In this document: positions 1-8,561 of the stretch, piece after piece
Layout: each line of letters opens with the position of its first letter
Position numbering within the stretch: the stretch's first letter is position 1
Virus record (IMG/VR): IMGVR_UViG_3300020442_003756
Coordinates: 2,400 to 66,399 of that record
Origin: a virus
Length of the DNA: 64,000 nt
Direction: 5' to 3' (one strand)
Notes under the pieces: generated by a model
Told to the model about the DNA's origin: nothing
The model's input: only the letters and a program-made list of their open reading frames with translations
The model's database searches: none
Position numbers and translations under genes: made by a program

Positions 1-147
1 ATGCTTACCTTTAGGATAAGAATTTAAAACATAAGTTACAGATGGGTAATATTCACCATTTCTTCTATAATATCTAGAATCAGGTAAAGTAATTTGTTTA
101 TGATCTTCAGAGATCTCCAATATACGGTTGTATGTTTTCTTTATCAT
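1..147 (-). CDS. Phage exonuclease (PD-(D/E)XK-like), 5' part only; runs off the window edge
   Basis: Not in ORF track. ATG at 147 overlaps the primase TGA and reads MIKKTYNRILEISEDHKQITLPDSRYYRRNGEYYPSVTYVL; R-Y..YPSVT is typical of phage exonuclease N-termini. Confidence 0.6.
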   Translation of the reverse strand, partial: MIKKTYNRILEISEDHKQITLPDSRYYRRNGEYYPSVTYVLNSYPKGKH

Positions 148-1073
148 ACTGCTAATTTTTGTTCCAATAAGGAAGAATAAGTCATTGGAACTGTTTTTTG
201 AATTAGTTTTGTGAAATTTTCAAAACCCATCTCACTTGGGTCCTTATCTTGCATGTCTACAAAATAGACTTCTTTACCTTCCATCATTAAATTTTCACAA
301 AAGTGCAAAGCTTGTTTTATAGCATCCTTATCTAATGCTATATAAATTTTATTAACAAAAGAACTAACTATTTTTTTCATTAGTTCACTTTGAATATTTT
401 TACCTAATAAAGGTATTGCATTTCTTTTTATAGCAATGGCATCAAATAATCCTTCACATAATATAATAGGTAATTTCCAATTAATTAAATGCTCATTAGG
501 AATAATGTCTCTACTAGCTGAAGGATTTCTATATTTTACATAAGGATCTTTTTCAAATGAACGAGCTGTAAAATAATTTAATCTACCATCTGCATCATAA
601 GTTGGTATAATAATCATATTAGCATATAAACCATCTTTACAATAACCAATATTATACTTTAGAATATCGTTTTTACTAATATTTCTTTTCTTTAAATATG
701 CTAACGCGTGCCTACCAATGATATTGCTGTTATCAACGGTATCCAGGCTAATAAATTCAGGTGGTAATTTAACAACATCATTAGATTTAGTAAATTTAGT
801 AACTCTTGAGTTTTTAATTAATGATTTTGCTTCATTTAGTTTAGATGAATCAGCTCCAATAGCTCTAAATAAATTATAAATTGTTTTACCTTTTTTATCA
901 CACGCCCAACAATGCCAAGGATTATTACCTTGTTTATTTTCAGTTAAATTAACTTCTAATTTAGGTTTATGGTGATGACAAAAAGGACAATGATACGCGT
1001 AATTATTACGAGCAGTTGCTTTTCCTGTTCCTAACACGGAATTTACTAAAGTTACCAATAACTGGTTTACCAT
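144..1073 (-). CDS. DNA primase (Zn-finger + TOPRIM)
   Basis: CPFC..H..CWAC zinc finger, YLKKR, EGLFDA and DKD TOPRIM motifs. Confidence 0.9.
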   Translation of the reverse strand: MVNQLLVTLVNSVLGTGKATARNNYAYHCPFCHHHKPKLEVNLTENKQGNNPWHCWACDKKGKTIYNLFRAIGADSSKLNEAKSLIKNSRVTKFTKSNDVVKLPPEFISLDTVDNSNIIGRHALAYLKKRNISKNDILKYNIGYCKDGLYANMIIIPTYDADGRLNYFTARSFEKDPYVKYRNPSASRDIIPNEHLINWKLPIILCEGLFDAIAIKRNAIPLLGKNIQSELMKKIVSSFVNKIYIALDKDAIKQALHFCENLMMEGKEVYFVDMQDKDPSEMGFENFTKLIQKTVPMTYSSLLEQKLAV

Positions 1074-1081
1074 AACGATAT

Positions 1082-1110
1082 AATATACACTAACAATCTT
1101 TAATTTCCAA
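1082..1110 (-). promoter_or_regulatory. Early/middle promoter TTGG-N18-GTATATT upstream of primase
   Basis: Same bipartite motif with exact 18-nt spacer recurs at 49655, 50026, 52367 and 54734; resembles the Bacteroidota -33/-7 promoter. Confidence 0.7.
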
Positions 1111-1575
1111 GGGATCTTCGTACTCTATCTCTTCAAAATCCTTAGTATAAAATTTACCTAATATATTATCATTAAAAAATTCATCAGGTTTTTCTAATAC
1201 TTGGTATAAAAATTGGTATTTTGTTTCAAAATAAGTTAATAATTTTTTATTTGGTACAATTTTAAGTATTTCTCTTTTAAAATCTGTAGCTTTACTTTCT
1301 AACAGTAATTGTTTTAATTGTTTTTGCGAACCATAATAATTTTTCCAATCTGATTCTTTTATAGCCAATTTATAGGCTGGTCTTCTACCTACTAGGCCTT
1401 GCATTTTAGCTAATTCTTTTTTACCTATTTTTACTTTTTTAGAAAAATAAAGTACTTTTTTACCAATATATTTTTTATTAGTAGGTTTATGTGTAATTAC
1501 ATAAATAAATCCGTAAGAATTTGGTGGAAAATCTGTTATTTCTTTTTTGGTTTCGCCTTTATAGGTCCAACTCAT
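1090..1575 (-). CDS. GIY-YIG family endonuclease
   Basis: GFIYVIT...KKYIGKK, YYGS and N-DNI motifs of T4-like GIY-YIG proteins. Confidence 0.8.
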   Translation of the reverse strand: MSWTYKGETKKEITDFPPNSYGFIYVITHKPTNKKYIGKKVLYFSKKVKIGKKELAKMQGLVGRRPAYKLAIKESDWKNYYGSQKQLKQLLLESKATDFKREILKIVPNKKLLTYFETKYQFLYQVLEKPDEFFNDNILGKFYTKDFEEIEYEDPLEIKDC

Positions 1576-1623
1576 ATTGTGCTATTTAATTAAACTGAAG
1601 GTTTAATGCAACAATGATAAATA

Positions 1624-1974
1624 TTATAATTTACCTTCATGTCGCATTTTTTCCCTTATTTTAGTAGCTGATATATCATGTATATCAGTTGGGGGAACAT
1701 GTTCAATAACTTCATAACCAACTCCTCTTCCATAATTTATGGATTCAATATCAGGGATTATTGTTATTTTTACTCTACCTTCTTCAATTAAATCTTGTAA
1801 CTCATTAGAAATATTCATTAAAATTTCTTGTGCAGACCAAGGTTGTTTCTCGTTAGGTTCAACATCTCTTATGCAAATTAATACGTTTTTACCGTCATTT
1901 AAACGTTGGTCAATTAACCAACGATGACCTTGGTGCCATGGTTGCCACCTACCAATAAACATTGAGTATTTCAT
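1624..1974 (-). CDS. HxGH nucleotidyltransferase (cytidylyltransferase-like; possible minimal ATP sulfurylase)
   Basis: GRWQPWHQGH and ISATKIR motifs; overlaps the APS kinase gene. Confidence 0.75.
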   Translation of the reverse strand: MKYSMFIGRWQPWHQGHRWLIDQRLNDGKNVLICIRDVEPNEKQPWSAQEILMNISNELQDLIEEGRVKITIIPDIESINYGRGVGYEVIEHVPPTDIHDISATKIREKMRHEGKL

Positions 1975-2417
1975 AAATTTAATTTAGTTGCTATATTAAT
2001 AATAGATTCAATTTCGGTTTGTTTTGTTGTATCCACATCAATAAAATCATTAATTGGTTTACCAAAATTTTGTACATGATATTTTTCTCTACCACGTTGT
2101 ACATAAGAAGTATTATAATGTACAAAAATTTCTCTTATTTGCCAATCTAATAAAGTTTTAAATTCTTCACGTTGATCTAAATAAGGAGACACTAAAGAAA
2201 CTATAACATCTTTACCTTGATTATGTAAATAATGGGATATTTTTTGTGCCGTATCTATATTAGTAACTCTACCTTTTATAGAATAATCCTTATTAGTAAA
2301 TAAATCTCTCATTTCATCTCCATCAATACGAAAAGCATGAGGAAGAAATTTTTCTTTTAATAAATTTGCAAGAACAGTTTTGCCTGAACCTGGTTGTCCT
2401 GTAAACCAATAAATCAT
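1971..2417 (-). CDS. cysC: Adenylyl-sulfate (APS) kinase-like
   Basis: WFTGQPGSGKT, IDGDEMR, YSIKGR..N, VSLVSPY motifs. Confidence 0.85.
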   Translation of the reverse strand: MIYWFTGQPGSGKTVLANLLKEKFLPHAFRIDGDEMRDLFTNKDYSIKGRVTNIDTAQKISHYLHNQGKDVIVSLVSPYLDQREEFKTLLDWQIREIFVHYNTSYVQRGREKYHVQNFGKPINDFIDVDTTKQTEIESIINIATKLNL

Positions 2418-2422
2418 AATTA

Positions 2423-3688
2423 TTATTTAAACATATAATTTTTAACAGGTAATACTTCTGTTAAGGGTACTTTTATTTTATCAATGATTTTTTCATTAAT
2501 TAAATCAGGATGTACCCACCAATCTTCAAATGGACATTCTTCATCCATAGAAATATTACCTGCAATCAAAATATATCCTTGTGATTCAAAAATATTACGT
2601 GATTCTCTTCTTACTTTTCTTGTAGCATCATTATAATGATCATGTTCAAAAGTAATTACCCCAAATTTAACATCTTCAAAAGGTATTCTTTTTAATACTT
2701 CTAATGATTGATAAGCTGGGTCAATATCTATTGATAGATAATCTATTTCTTTACCTAAATTATATTCATTAATTAAATCTAGGTAATTTAAATGAGTAGC
2801 ATCTTCACGTATAATAGGATTTTCTCTTAAAGATTCATTCCATTTATCAACATAAGGTTGATGTAAATCAATAGATAAACCTTTCCATCTATTCTTTTTT
2901 TCTAGTAAAGCAGTATTATTACCTTCATAAGGTCTACCACCACCTATTTCAAGATAAGTACCATACATTTTATTATCATGGCATCTTAAAACAAATAAAT
3001 CTTGTAAAGCTTGAGAATTAGTGTGATCTATTTTACCACAACCAGCATATCTCATTCTACTATGTAATTTTTGAAAATTTTCTCCTACGTAAGTAATTGG
3101 TTCATGTTCAATAGGAAGTAAATCAAAATTTTTAAGATTATTTAAAATAATATTAAAATACTCTTCATTGTCAATATTAGGATCTTTATATAATTCTTTC
3201 CATAAGTTGTAAGAATGTTCTCTTTGTCCTCTCCACCAGCAAGTAAATGCTTCTTGAAATTTTAAACCCCAATGACCAACATAACCAACATCAGAACCCA
3301 AGGGTTTAGCTTCTAAATCACATATTTTTTGACCTGCAACTGCAAAATAATGGGCTTCTGTCCATTCTTCTCTTGCACTATGCCATTGACTTAATAAAAA
3401 ATAAGCTTCAGGTCTATTTGGCATATGAGTCATAGCTATCATTAATTGTTCTTTTTCCCAAACTGGTCTTCTAGTTTGTTCAGCAACACATCTATAAGTT
3501 TTTAGTAGTGCTTCATAAGCTAATAAATCATCATCAGTTAATTCAGCACACCTTAAATAAAAAGAAAGAGCAGCAGCCGTTTGACCTAATGATTCATAAT
3601 ATAAACCTGTATCAAAATTAACTCCAGGATTTAAAGGAGCATCAATGTATTTATATATTTGTTCTTGTAATTGTTTTTGACTAACCAT
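2423..3688 (-). CDS. TPR-like domain fused to FkbM-like SAM methyltransferase
   Basis: N-terminal helical repeats (PNRPEAYFLLS); C-terminal SQ..QD.FV, YLEIGG, IDYLSIDID, ITFEHD, EDWWVHP. Confidence 0.75.
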   Translation of the reverse strand: MVSQKQLQEQIYKYIDAPLNPGVNFDTGLYYESLGQTAAALSFYLRCAELTDDDLLAYEALLKTYRCVAEQTRRPVWEKEQLMIAMTHMPNRPEAYFLLSQWHSAREEWTEAHYFAVAGQKICDLEAKPLGSDVGYVGHWGLKFQEAFTCWWRGQREHSYNLWKELYKDPNIDNEEYFNIILNNLKNFDLLPIEHEPITYVGENFQKLHSRMRYAGCGKIDHTNSQALQDLFVLRCHDNKMYGTYLEIGGGRPYEGNNTALLEKKNRWKGLSIDLHQPYVDKWNESLRENPIIREDATHLNYLDLINEYNLGKEIDYLSIDIDPAYQSLEVLKRIPFEDVKFGVITFEHDHYNDATRKVRRESRNIFESQGYILIAGNISMDEECPFEDWWVHPDLINEKIIDKIKVPLTEVLPVKNYMFK

Positions 3689-3689
3689 A

Positions 3690-4733
3690 TTATTTTAGTT
3701 TTTCTAAATCTTCCCATTCTAACCTATCAAGTAAATGCTTAGGCCACCTTAAAATAAAAGCAGCATTATCTTGATACCCAAATGTGATTAATAAATCATC
3801 TCCATCAAGTGCTAATCCACAAGTAAATTCAATTCTAGTACCCATGTATTGGAATTGTTTTGATACTTTTACTAAATTCCAATCTTCATCCCACATAACA
3901 AATCTGTGGTAATAAAAAGCATCTTTATATTTACCTTCATGATGGAAGAAATCTACTTCATGGGTAATACAAGTATATAAACCGTCTACTTTTATAACTT
4001 GAGAACCACCCCTTAAATCCCAAGGTAATTTTACATAATTATCTTTAGTAATTACAGTTTCACATTCGACAGTATTTAAAATACCTTCTTGTACTTTTTC
4101 TTTTCCTTTTTTATCTAGATTAACTTTAACTATTTCTAAAGGATTAGTCCATTTTAAAAAGTGATAAGGCATATCCAATACTGGCATCCAATTTTTTTCT
4201 AGATAGTTTTGAGAAGGGTGTTGAATTCTTTCTCTTGTTTTTTCAATAATAGCATCTTCAGTCCAATCAACTTCACATAATTCCATTCTACCTTGTCCAT
4301 TATCATAAACATCTCTTCTAACACCACAAATATATAACTTACCTTCCCATCTAAAAACTCTAGCATCTTCAAGGCCTACAAAAGACCAAATTGGTTTAAT
4401 GTCATGTTTTGAAGTATCTACATTTCTAAATTCAAGTATTTCATGTGTTTCTCTATCTAATTTACAAAGATAATTACCTGTAGTAAGGGTTAAATCATCT
4501 TCAGGATTTAAATAAGCTAAAGCACCCCATTTACAATAAAATTTCTGATTATATTCAGAATGATATAAGGTATAATGTACGTGTCTAATATTTGCTAATA
4601 AATCTCCATTTTCATCTAAATAAACAGAAACATTACATAAACCTGTACCTCCAGTTAATTCAGAAGGTATAATTAATGGTGTTAAACTTCCACCATTATG
4701 GATTGCTATTTGCGATATATTGTCTAAAATCAT
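3690..4733 (-). CDS. Putative five-bladed beta-propeller (GH130-like) carbohydrate enzyme
   Basis: GLEDARV, EKNWMP, LRGGSQ, IEFTCGL, ITFGYQD motifs. Confidence 0.65.
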   Translation of the reverse strand: MILDNISQIAIHNGGSLTPLIIPSELTGGTGLCNVSVYLDENGDLLANIRHVHYTLYHSEYNQKFYCKWGALAYLNPEDDLTLTTGNYLCKLDRETHEILEFRNVDTSKHDIKPIWSFVGLEDARVFRWEGKLYICGVRRDVYDNGQGRMELCEVDWTEDAIIEKTRERIQHPSQNYLEKNWMPVLDMPYHFLKWTNPLEIVKVNLDKKGKEKVQEGILNTVECETVITKDNYVKLPWDLRGGSQVIKVDGLYTCITHEVDFFHHEGKYKDAFYYHRFVMWDEDWNLVKVSKQFQYMGTRIEFTCGLALDGDDLLITFGYQDNAAFILRWPKHLLDRLEWEDLEKLK

Positions 4734-4736
4734 ATT

Positions 4737-5363
4737 TTATATATAATGTCCACCACCTAACCATAAAACAAAAGATTTCCTAGTTCCTGATAACACAGGA
4801 GCTACTCTGTGCATCATAAAAGAAGGAAAAATAAAAACACAACCTCTTTTTCTTGGTGCTTTAATAATGTGAGAATGATTTGAATCTTTTGCATCCTCAG
4901 GAAAAGGACCTCCTTTAAATAATTCTAAATCTCCTCCTTCATAATCATCAGCTTCTGAAAGTTGGACTGTTATTGAAATTTTTCTTTGTGAACCATGAGA
5001 AGGTCCAATATCTTGATGCCATTCATATTTTCCTCCTTTACTACCTACATATTCTGTATATTGAATTTGTTCAGGCATTGTATGTAAACTAAAATTCCAT
5101 AAATTACTATTAGCTTCTATAGCCATATGATTTAATTTTTCATATAACCACCACCATTGAGTATTTTGTGGTACCCATTTTACTCTAGATACTCTAGTTC
5201 TACCATCATTCTCCCCTCCAAAAGTTGAAGCAGTATGTAAAGGTAATTTTATAACATCTTTTTCTATTTTTTTTAATTCTTCTTCGCTAAAACCTTGTTC
5301 AAAATAATAATAATTAGTTTGATCAAGTGAATCAGGTTGAGTCATTTGTAGTACTCTATTCAT
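4737..5363 (-). CDS. 2OG-Fe(II) oxygenase (PKHD/prolyl-hydroxylase-like)
   Basis: WHQD, RKISITVQLS, YEGGDL, FPSFMMHRVAPVLSGTRKSFVLW. Confidence 0.9.
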   Translation of the reverse strand: MNRVLQMTQPDSLDQTNYYYFEQGFSEEELKKIEKDVIKLPLHTASTFGGENDGRTRVSRVKWVPQNTQWWWLYEKLNHMAIEANSNLWNFSLHTMPEQIQYTEYVGSKGGKYEWHQDIGPSHGSQRKISITVQLSEADDYEGGDLELFKGGPFPEDAKDSNHSHIIKAPRKRGCVFIFPSFMMHRVAPVLSGTRKSFVLWLGGGHYI

Positions 5364-6262
5364 TAGTCTTTATTAATTGATTGAAATATTTTATTAATAT
5401 CAAAAACATCTTCTCCTTTATCCCAAGGAAAATCAAGTATTCCTTCATTTAATTCATATTGAGAATATGTTTTAGAGTTTGTTGTAAATTCTTTTTTATG
5501 TGGTTCAGCCATAATATTATCATGTAAATCATATCCAAACACAATTGGATTAGTAGTAACCCAACAAACAGTAGAAGGTAAATTTAATGCCGCAGCCATA
5601 TGTTGAGCAAAACTATCAATGAAAACTCTTTTTTCTGAAGTTAATAACATATAAGCAACGGATCTAGGGCTATCAACACATTCAAAAGTATCAGGATAAC
5701 CTTGTTGATCTGGTCTTTTTATATGAACAATATTATATGAATCTCTATATTCTTCTATTAATTGAATAATAATTTCTTGGGGTAAATCTCTTGCCCAATT
5801 ATAACCAGGATGAACTTGAGGAGATATAACACCTCCGTTAGTATGAATTGCCATAACCGGTTTTTGAACATCTGCTGGGTTAATGTCAAATATTTTACCA
5901 TAATATTCTTTTTCACCTTCAGTAAAAAATATTTCTGGTTGTTCACCATTATATTTAATATCATTTATTTTACACCATGTTTCTATTAGATGAGCTTTTT
6001 CAGTAATAAAATCATTATGATGAAAGGGATCAATAGCAAATACCTTACACTCTTTACCTTTAATATAAAGTTCATAAACAGCATTTCCTAATTCTTCATT
6101 TTTATGCGTAATATCAATATTAGGATTATTTTTAAAAATTTGTGGATATTGAGAAATAACAATAACTGTAGAATCAGGATATTGTGTTTTAATTGCTTTT
6201 AAAACAGCCGTAGCAGCTATACATTTTCCAATTCCACCTATTATGGTAAAGATAATATTCAT
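5363..6262 (-). CDS. GT9-like (heptosyltransferase-fold) glycosyltransferase
   Basis: GGIGKCIAAT N-terminus, NNPNID, IDSFAQHMAAALNLPSTV. Confidence 0.75.
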   Translation of the reverse strand: MNIIFTIIGGIGKCIAATAVLKAIKTQYPDSTVIVISQYPQIFKNNPNIDITHKNEELGNAVYELYIKGKECKVFAIDPFHHNDFITEKAHLIETWCKINDIKYNGEQPEIFFTEGEKEYYGKIFDINPADVQKPVMAIHTNGGVISPQVHPGYNWARDLPQEIIIQLIEEYRDSYNIVHIKRPDQQGYPDTFECVDSPRSVAYMLLTSEKRVFIDSFAQHMAAALNLPSTVCWVTTNPIVFGYDLHDNIMAEPHKKEFTTNSKTYSQYELNEGILDFPWDKGEDVFDINKIFQSINKD

Positions 6263-6282
6263 TTTTAAAACGTTTTATATAA

Positions 6283-6313
6283 CAATGTAAATAACTTTTT
6301 TTAATTTTCCAAA
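6283..6313 (-). promoter_or_regulatory. Promoter TTTGG-N18-TTACATTG driving modification cluster I
   Basis: Same spacing as the other early promoters; -7 variant close to the Bacteroidota TAnnTTTG consensus. Confidence 0.5.
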
Positions 6314-6329
6314 TAATTTTATAATTATT

Positions 6330-7226
6330 TTATACTGGTCCTCCAGGTGATCCAGGACAAGAACTAGCAGGGAAAAAATTACTACTAACACTATTCCAAT
6401 AACGATATAAACTACCCTGTGAAATATAACCTGAAGGGTATTTAACAGTACCACCAGAATTTGACCAAACAGGACCAGCTTGGGTCATAATATCTCCTGA
6501 AGTTCCAGGAAGATAAAAAGTATAACCACCAGCTATTTGTTCACAAGCAGTACCAGCAGAAGCTGTACCAAATTTACCTGTTGTTGACCAAATATCAGGT
6601 CCTGAAGCTTGATTTCTTGCAAACCATCTTGCATTATTATAAACATTTGAAAAATTATAATAAGCATTATAACTAGTACTATTTGTAAGTAAACTACCCC
6701 CAGATTTAGCAGTATACCAACCTGTAAAAGAATAACCTGATGATGGTGTTGATGTAATTCTAAAGTATTGAGAAGTAGAAGAATTATTAATAACAGGATG
6801 ACCAATTTTACCAGTATCACCTGAACCTGAGTTAACAGTAGTTGTTGCAGTAGCCCCAGGGAAAAAACCAGGAGAACCATAAGGTGTAGCACCTGGGTTT
6901 TGTATACTTATAGTATTATTAGTTGTATTAATAAATTGAACATAATAAGCATATGCTGTAGCTCCACTCCAATAAGAATTTATGCTATAATCTTCTCCAC
7001 CATCATATCCCTTTTGACCAACTTGATTATTAGTACCAACAACATAAGGCCAAATTTGATAATTTAAAAATTTACATAAACTTAAATTTCTGGGATCACT
7101 TAAGTCATTAGCAGGACCATAATTAAAAGCATTTACTACAGCATTTGTTTGAAGTGATCTCCAACAACCAGCGTAAAGATTATTTTTAAATGAAATATTT
7201 GTATTACCTATTGAATGTCTTCCCAT
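6330..7226 (-). CDS. Ser/Gly/Asn-rich virion protein, putative fibre-tip adhesin with InlB-B-repeat-like segment
   Basis: GYSFTGWYTAKSGG motif; paralogue of 7239-7997; downstream of the giant fibre; late motif upstream. Confidence 0.55.
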   Translation of the reverse strand: MGRHSIGNTNISFKNNLYAGCWRSLQTNAVVNAFNYGPANDLSDPRNLSLCKFLNYQIWPYVVGTNNQVGQKGYDGGEDYSINSYWSGATAYAYYVQFINTTNNTISIQNPGATPYGSPGFFPGATATTTVNSGSGDTGKIGHPVINNSSTSQYFRITSTPSSGYSFTGWYTAKSGGSLLTNSTSYNAYYNFSNVYNNARWFARNQASGPDIWSTTGKFGTASAGTACEQIAGGYTFYLPGTSGDIMTQAGPVWSNSGGTVKYPSGYISQGSLYRYWNSVSSNFFPASSCPGSPGGPV

Positions 7227-7238
7227 AATAATAAATAT

Positions 7239-7997
7239 CTACATTAAACATAACATTGAACTACCACTCCAACCTGAACTACCATTCCAAAATCTAACAA
7301 TTGTACTATTAGAAACATAGGTAGAAGTACCCCAGTTTGAGGATAAAGTTGAAAATCTAGATAAGGTTGGTGAAGACATTACAGTATAAGAATCGTTGTA
7401 ATAAATGTTAATTGAATTACTGTAAAAACAAGCTCTAAATGATGGAGTACCATATCCAATTATCGCAGATTCGGAACTTGGTCCAGAAGCTTGAGTATAG
7501 GTGTACCAGAAATTTTTATTATATACATTAGCATTAGTATGATAAGCATTATAATTTGTTGAAGTAGTTATTAATGAACCACCACCATTAGCTGCACTTC
7601 TCCAACCATTAAATTGCCCACCAGCAGAAGTAACAAATCTAATATTAATAAAAGAATAATTTGCACTTACAAAACAATTATTTGTATTAGTGCTACCTCC
7701 ATTAGTTGCTGTTGAAGTAACTAAAGTTGTTCCTCTATAAACTTGAATAGTTCCATAAGAAGGTGAATCATTAACTAAACCTAAACTATAAACATACCCT
7801 TTATTGTAAACATAAGTACCATAGTTTGAATTAGTTGAACCACTATTACCAAAATATAAAAAGGGATCAACACTTGATCTAATATAATCAGATTGAGATT
7901 GATTATATATAGGAATCATACGTATAGCTCTGAAACAGCTATAGTATAAACTATTATTGGATGATAAATTAGTTGTTCCCCAAGTTGCTCTTGCCAT
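7239..7997 (-). CDS. Ser/Gly/Asn-rich virion protein, putative adhesin paralogue
   Basis: Shares F.GW..A..GG.L.T.ST.YNAY....NVYN...W....QASGP with 6330-7226. Confidence 0.55.
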   Translation of the reverse strand: MARATWGTTNLSSNNSLYYSCFRAIRMIPIYNQSQSDYIRSSVDPFLYFGNSGSTNSNYGTYVYNKGYVYSLGLVNDSPSYGTIQVYRGTTLVTSTATNGGSTNTNNCFVSANYSFINIRFVTSAGGQFNGWRSAANGGGSLITTSTNYNAYHTNANVYNKNFWYTYTQASGPSSESAIIGYGTPSFRACFYSNSINIYYNDSYTVMSSPTLSRFSTLSSNWGTSTYVSNSTIVRFWNGSSGWSGSSMLCLM

Positions 7998-8549
7998 TTA
8001 TATTAAATCTTTTACGTTCTCAGAACCAAATGTTTTATTATAAATATTCTTAACTCCATTATAAGCAAACTCAATTAAATTATCTTTTTTAAAATCATGA
8101 TCATAAGTTTTAGTTTTTTCTTCTATTCTACTACTAGAAACTAAAACTCTAATTTTTTTAGTATCAAAAGTTTTTATTTCATTACCATCATCATCATAAT
8201 CAATTACTTCTTCTTCAACAACTTTCCAATCTTGTTCATAATCCCAAACTTCAACTGGTTGAGCAGAAGAAGCAGTTAAAGAAAGAGAAATAATTCTTGG
8301 AACAGAAACAATACCTTCACCTTCAACTGTTAATTCATAAGGTAAAGTTGCTGAAGCATCATTTTTAGCTACATCTTCCCAATAAGGTGGTAAAGCTTTA
8401 TCTGCACCTTCTTTATCTACATAATGTCCAACAATTAAATCTAATTGTCCTACACTTTTATGAAATTGATAAGATTCAATTCGAGCGTAAAAACTATCAA
8501 TATTTAAACCCCCTGGGAAGTTAATTTTTTTGTTTATAATAAGACCCAT
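7998..8549 (-). CDS. Hypothetical protein, possible fibre assembly/accessory protein
   Basis: Acidic 183 aa ORF directly after the fibre gene; function inferred from position only. Confidence 0.45.
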   Translation of the reverse strand: MGLIINKKINFPGGLNIDSFYARIESYQFHKSVGQLDLIVGHYVDKEGADKALPPYWEDVAKNDASATLPYELTVEGEGIVSVPRIISLSLTASSAQPVEVWDYEQDWKVVEEEVIDYDDDGNEIKTFDTKKIRVLVSSSRIEEKTKTYDHDFKKDNLIEFAYNGVKNIYNKTFGSENVKDLI

Positions 8550-8561
8550 AACTTTTCATTT

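Noticed and set aside
4737-5363. Calling this a collagen prolyl-4-hydroxylase
   Set aside because: The family is widespread in phages without collagens and Y-position Pro is nearly absent from the fibres; substrate left unassigned
6330-7997. Possible diversity-generating retroelement TR/VR pair
   Set aside because: Similarity is at the diverged protein level, not adenine-specific near-identity, and there is no reverse transcriptase in the window
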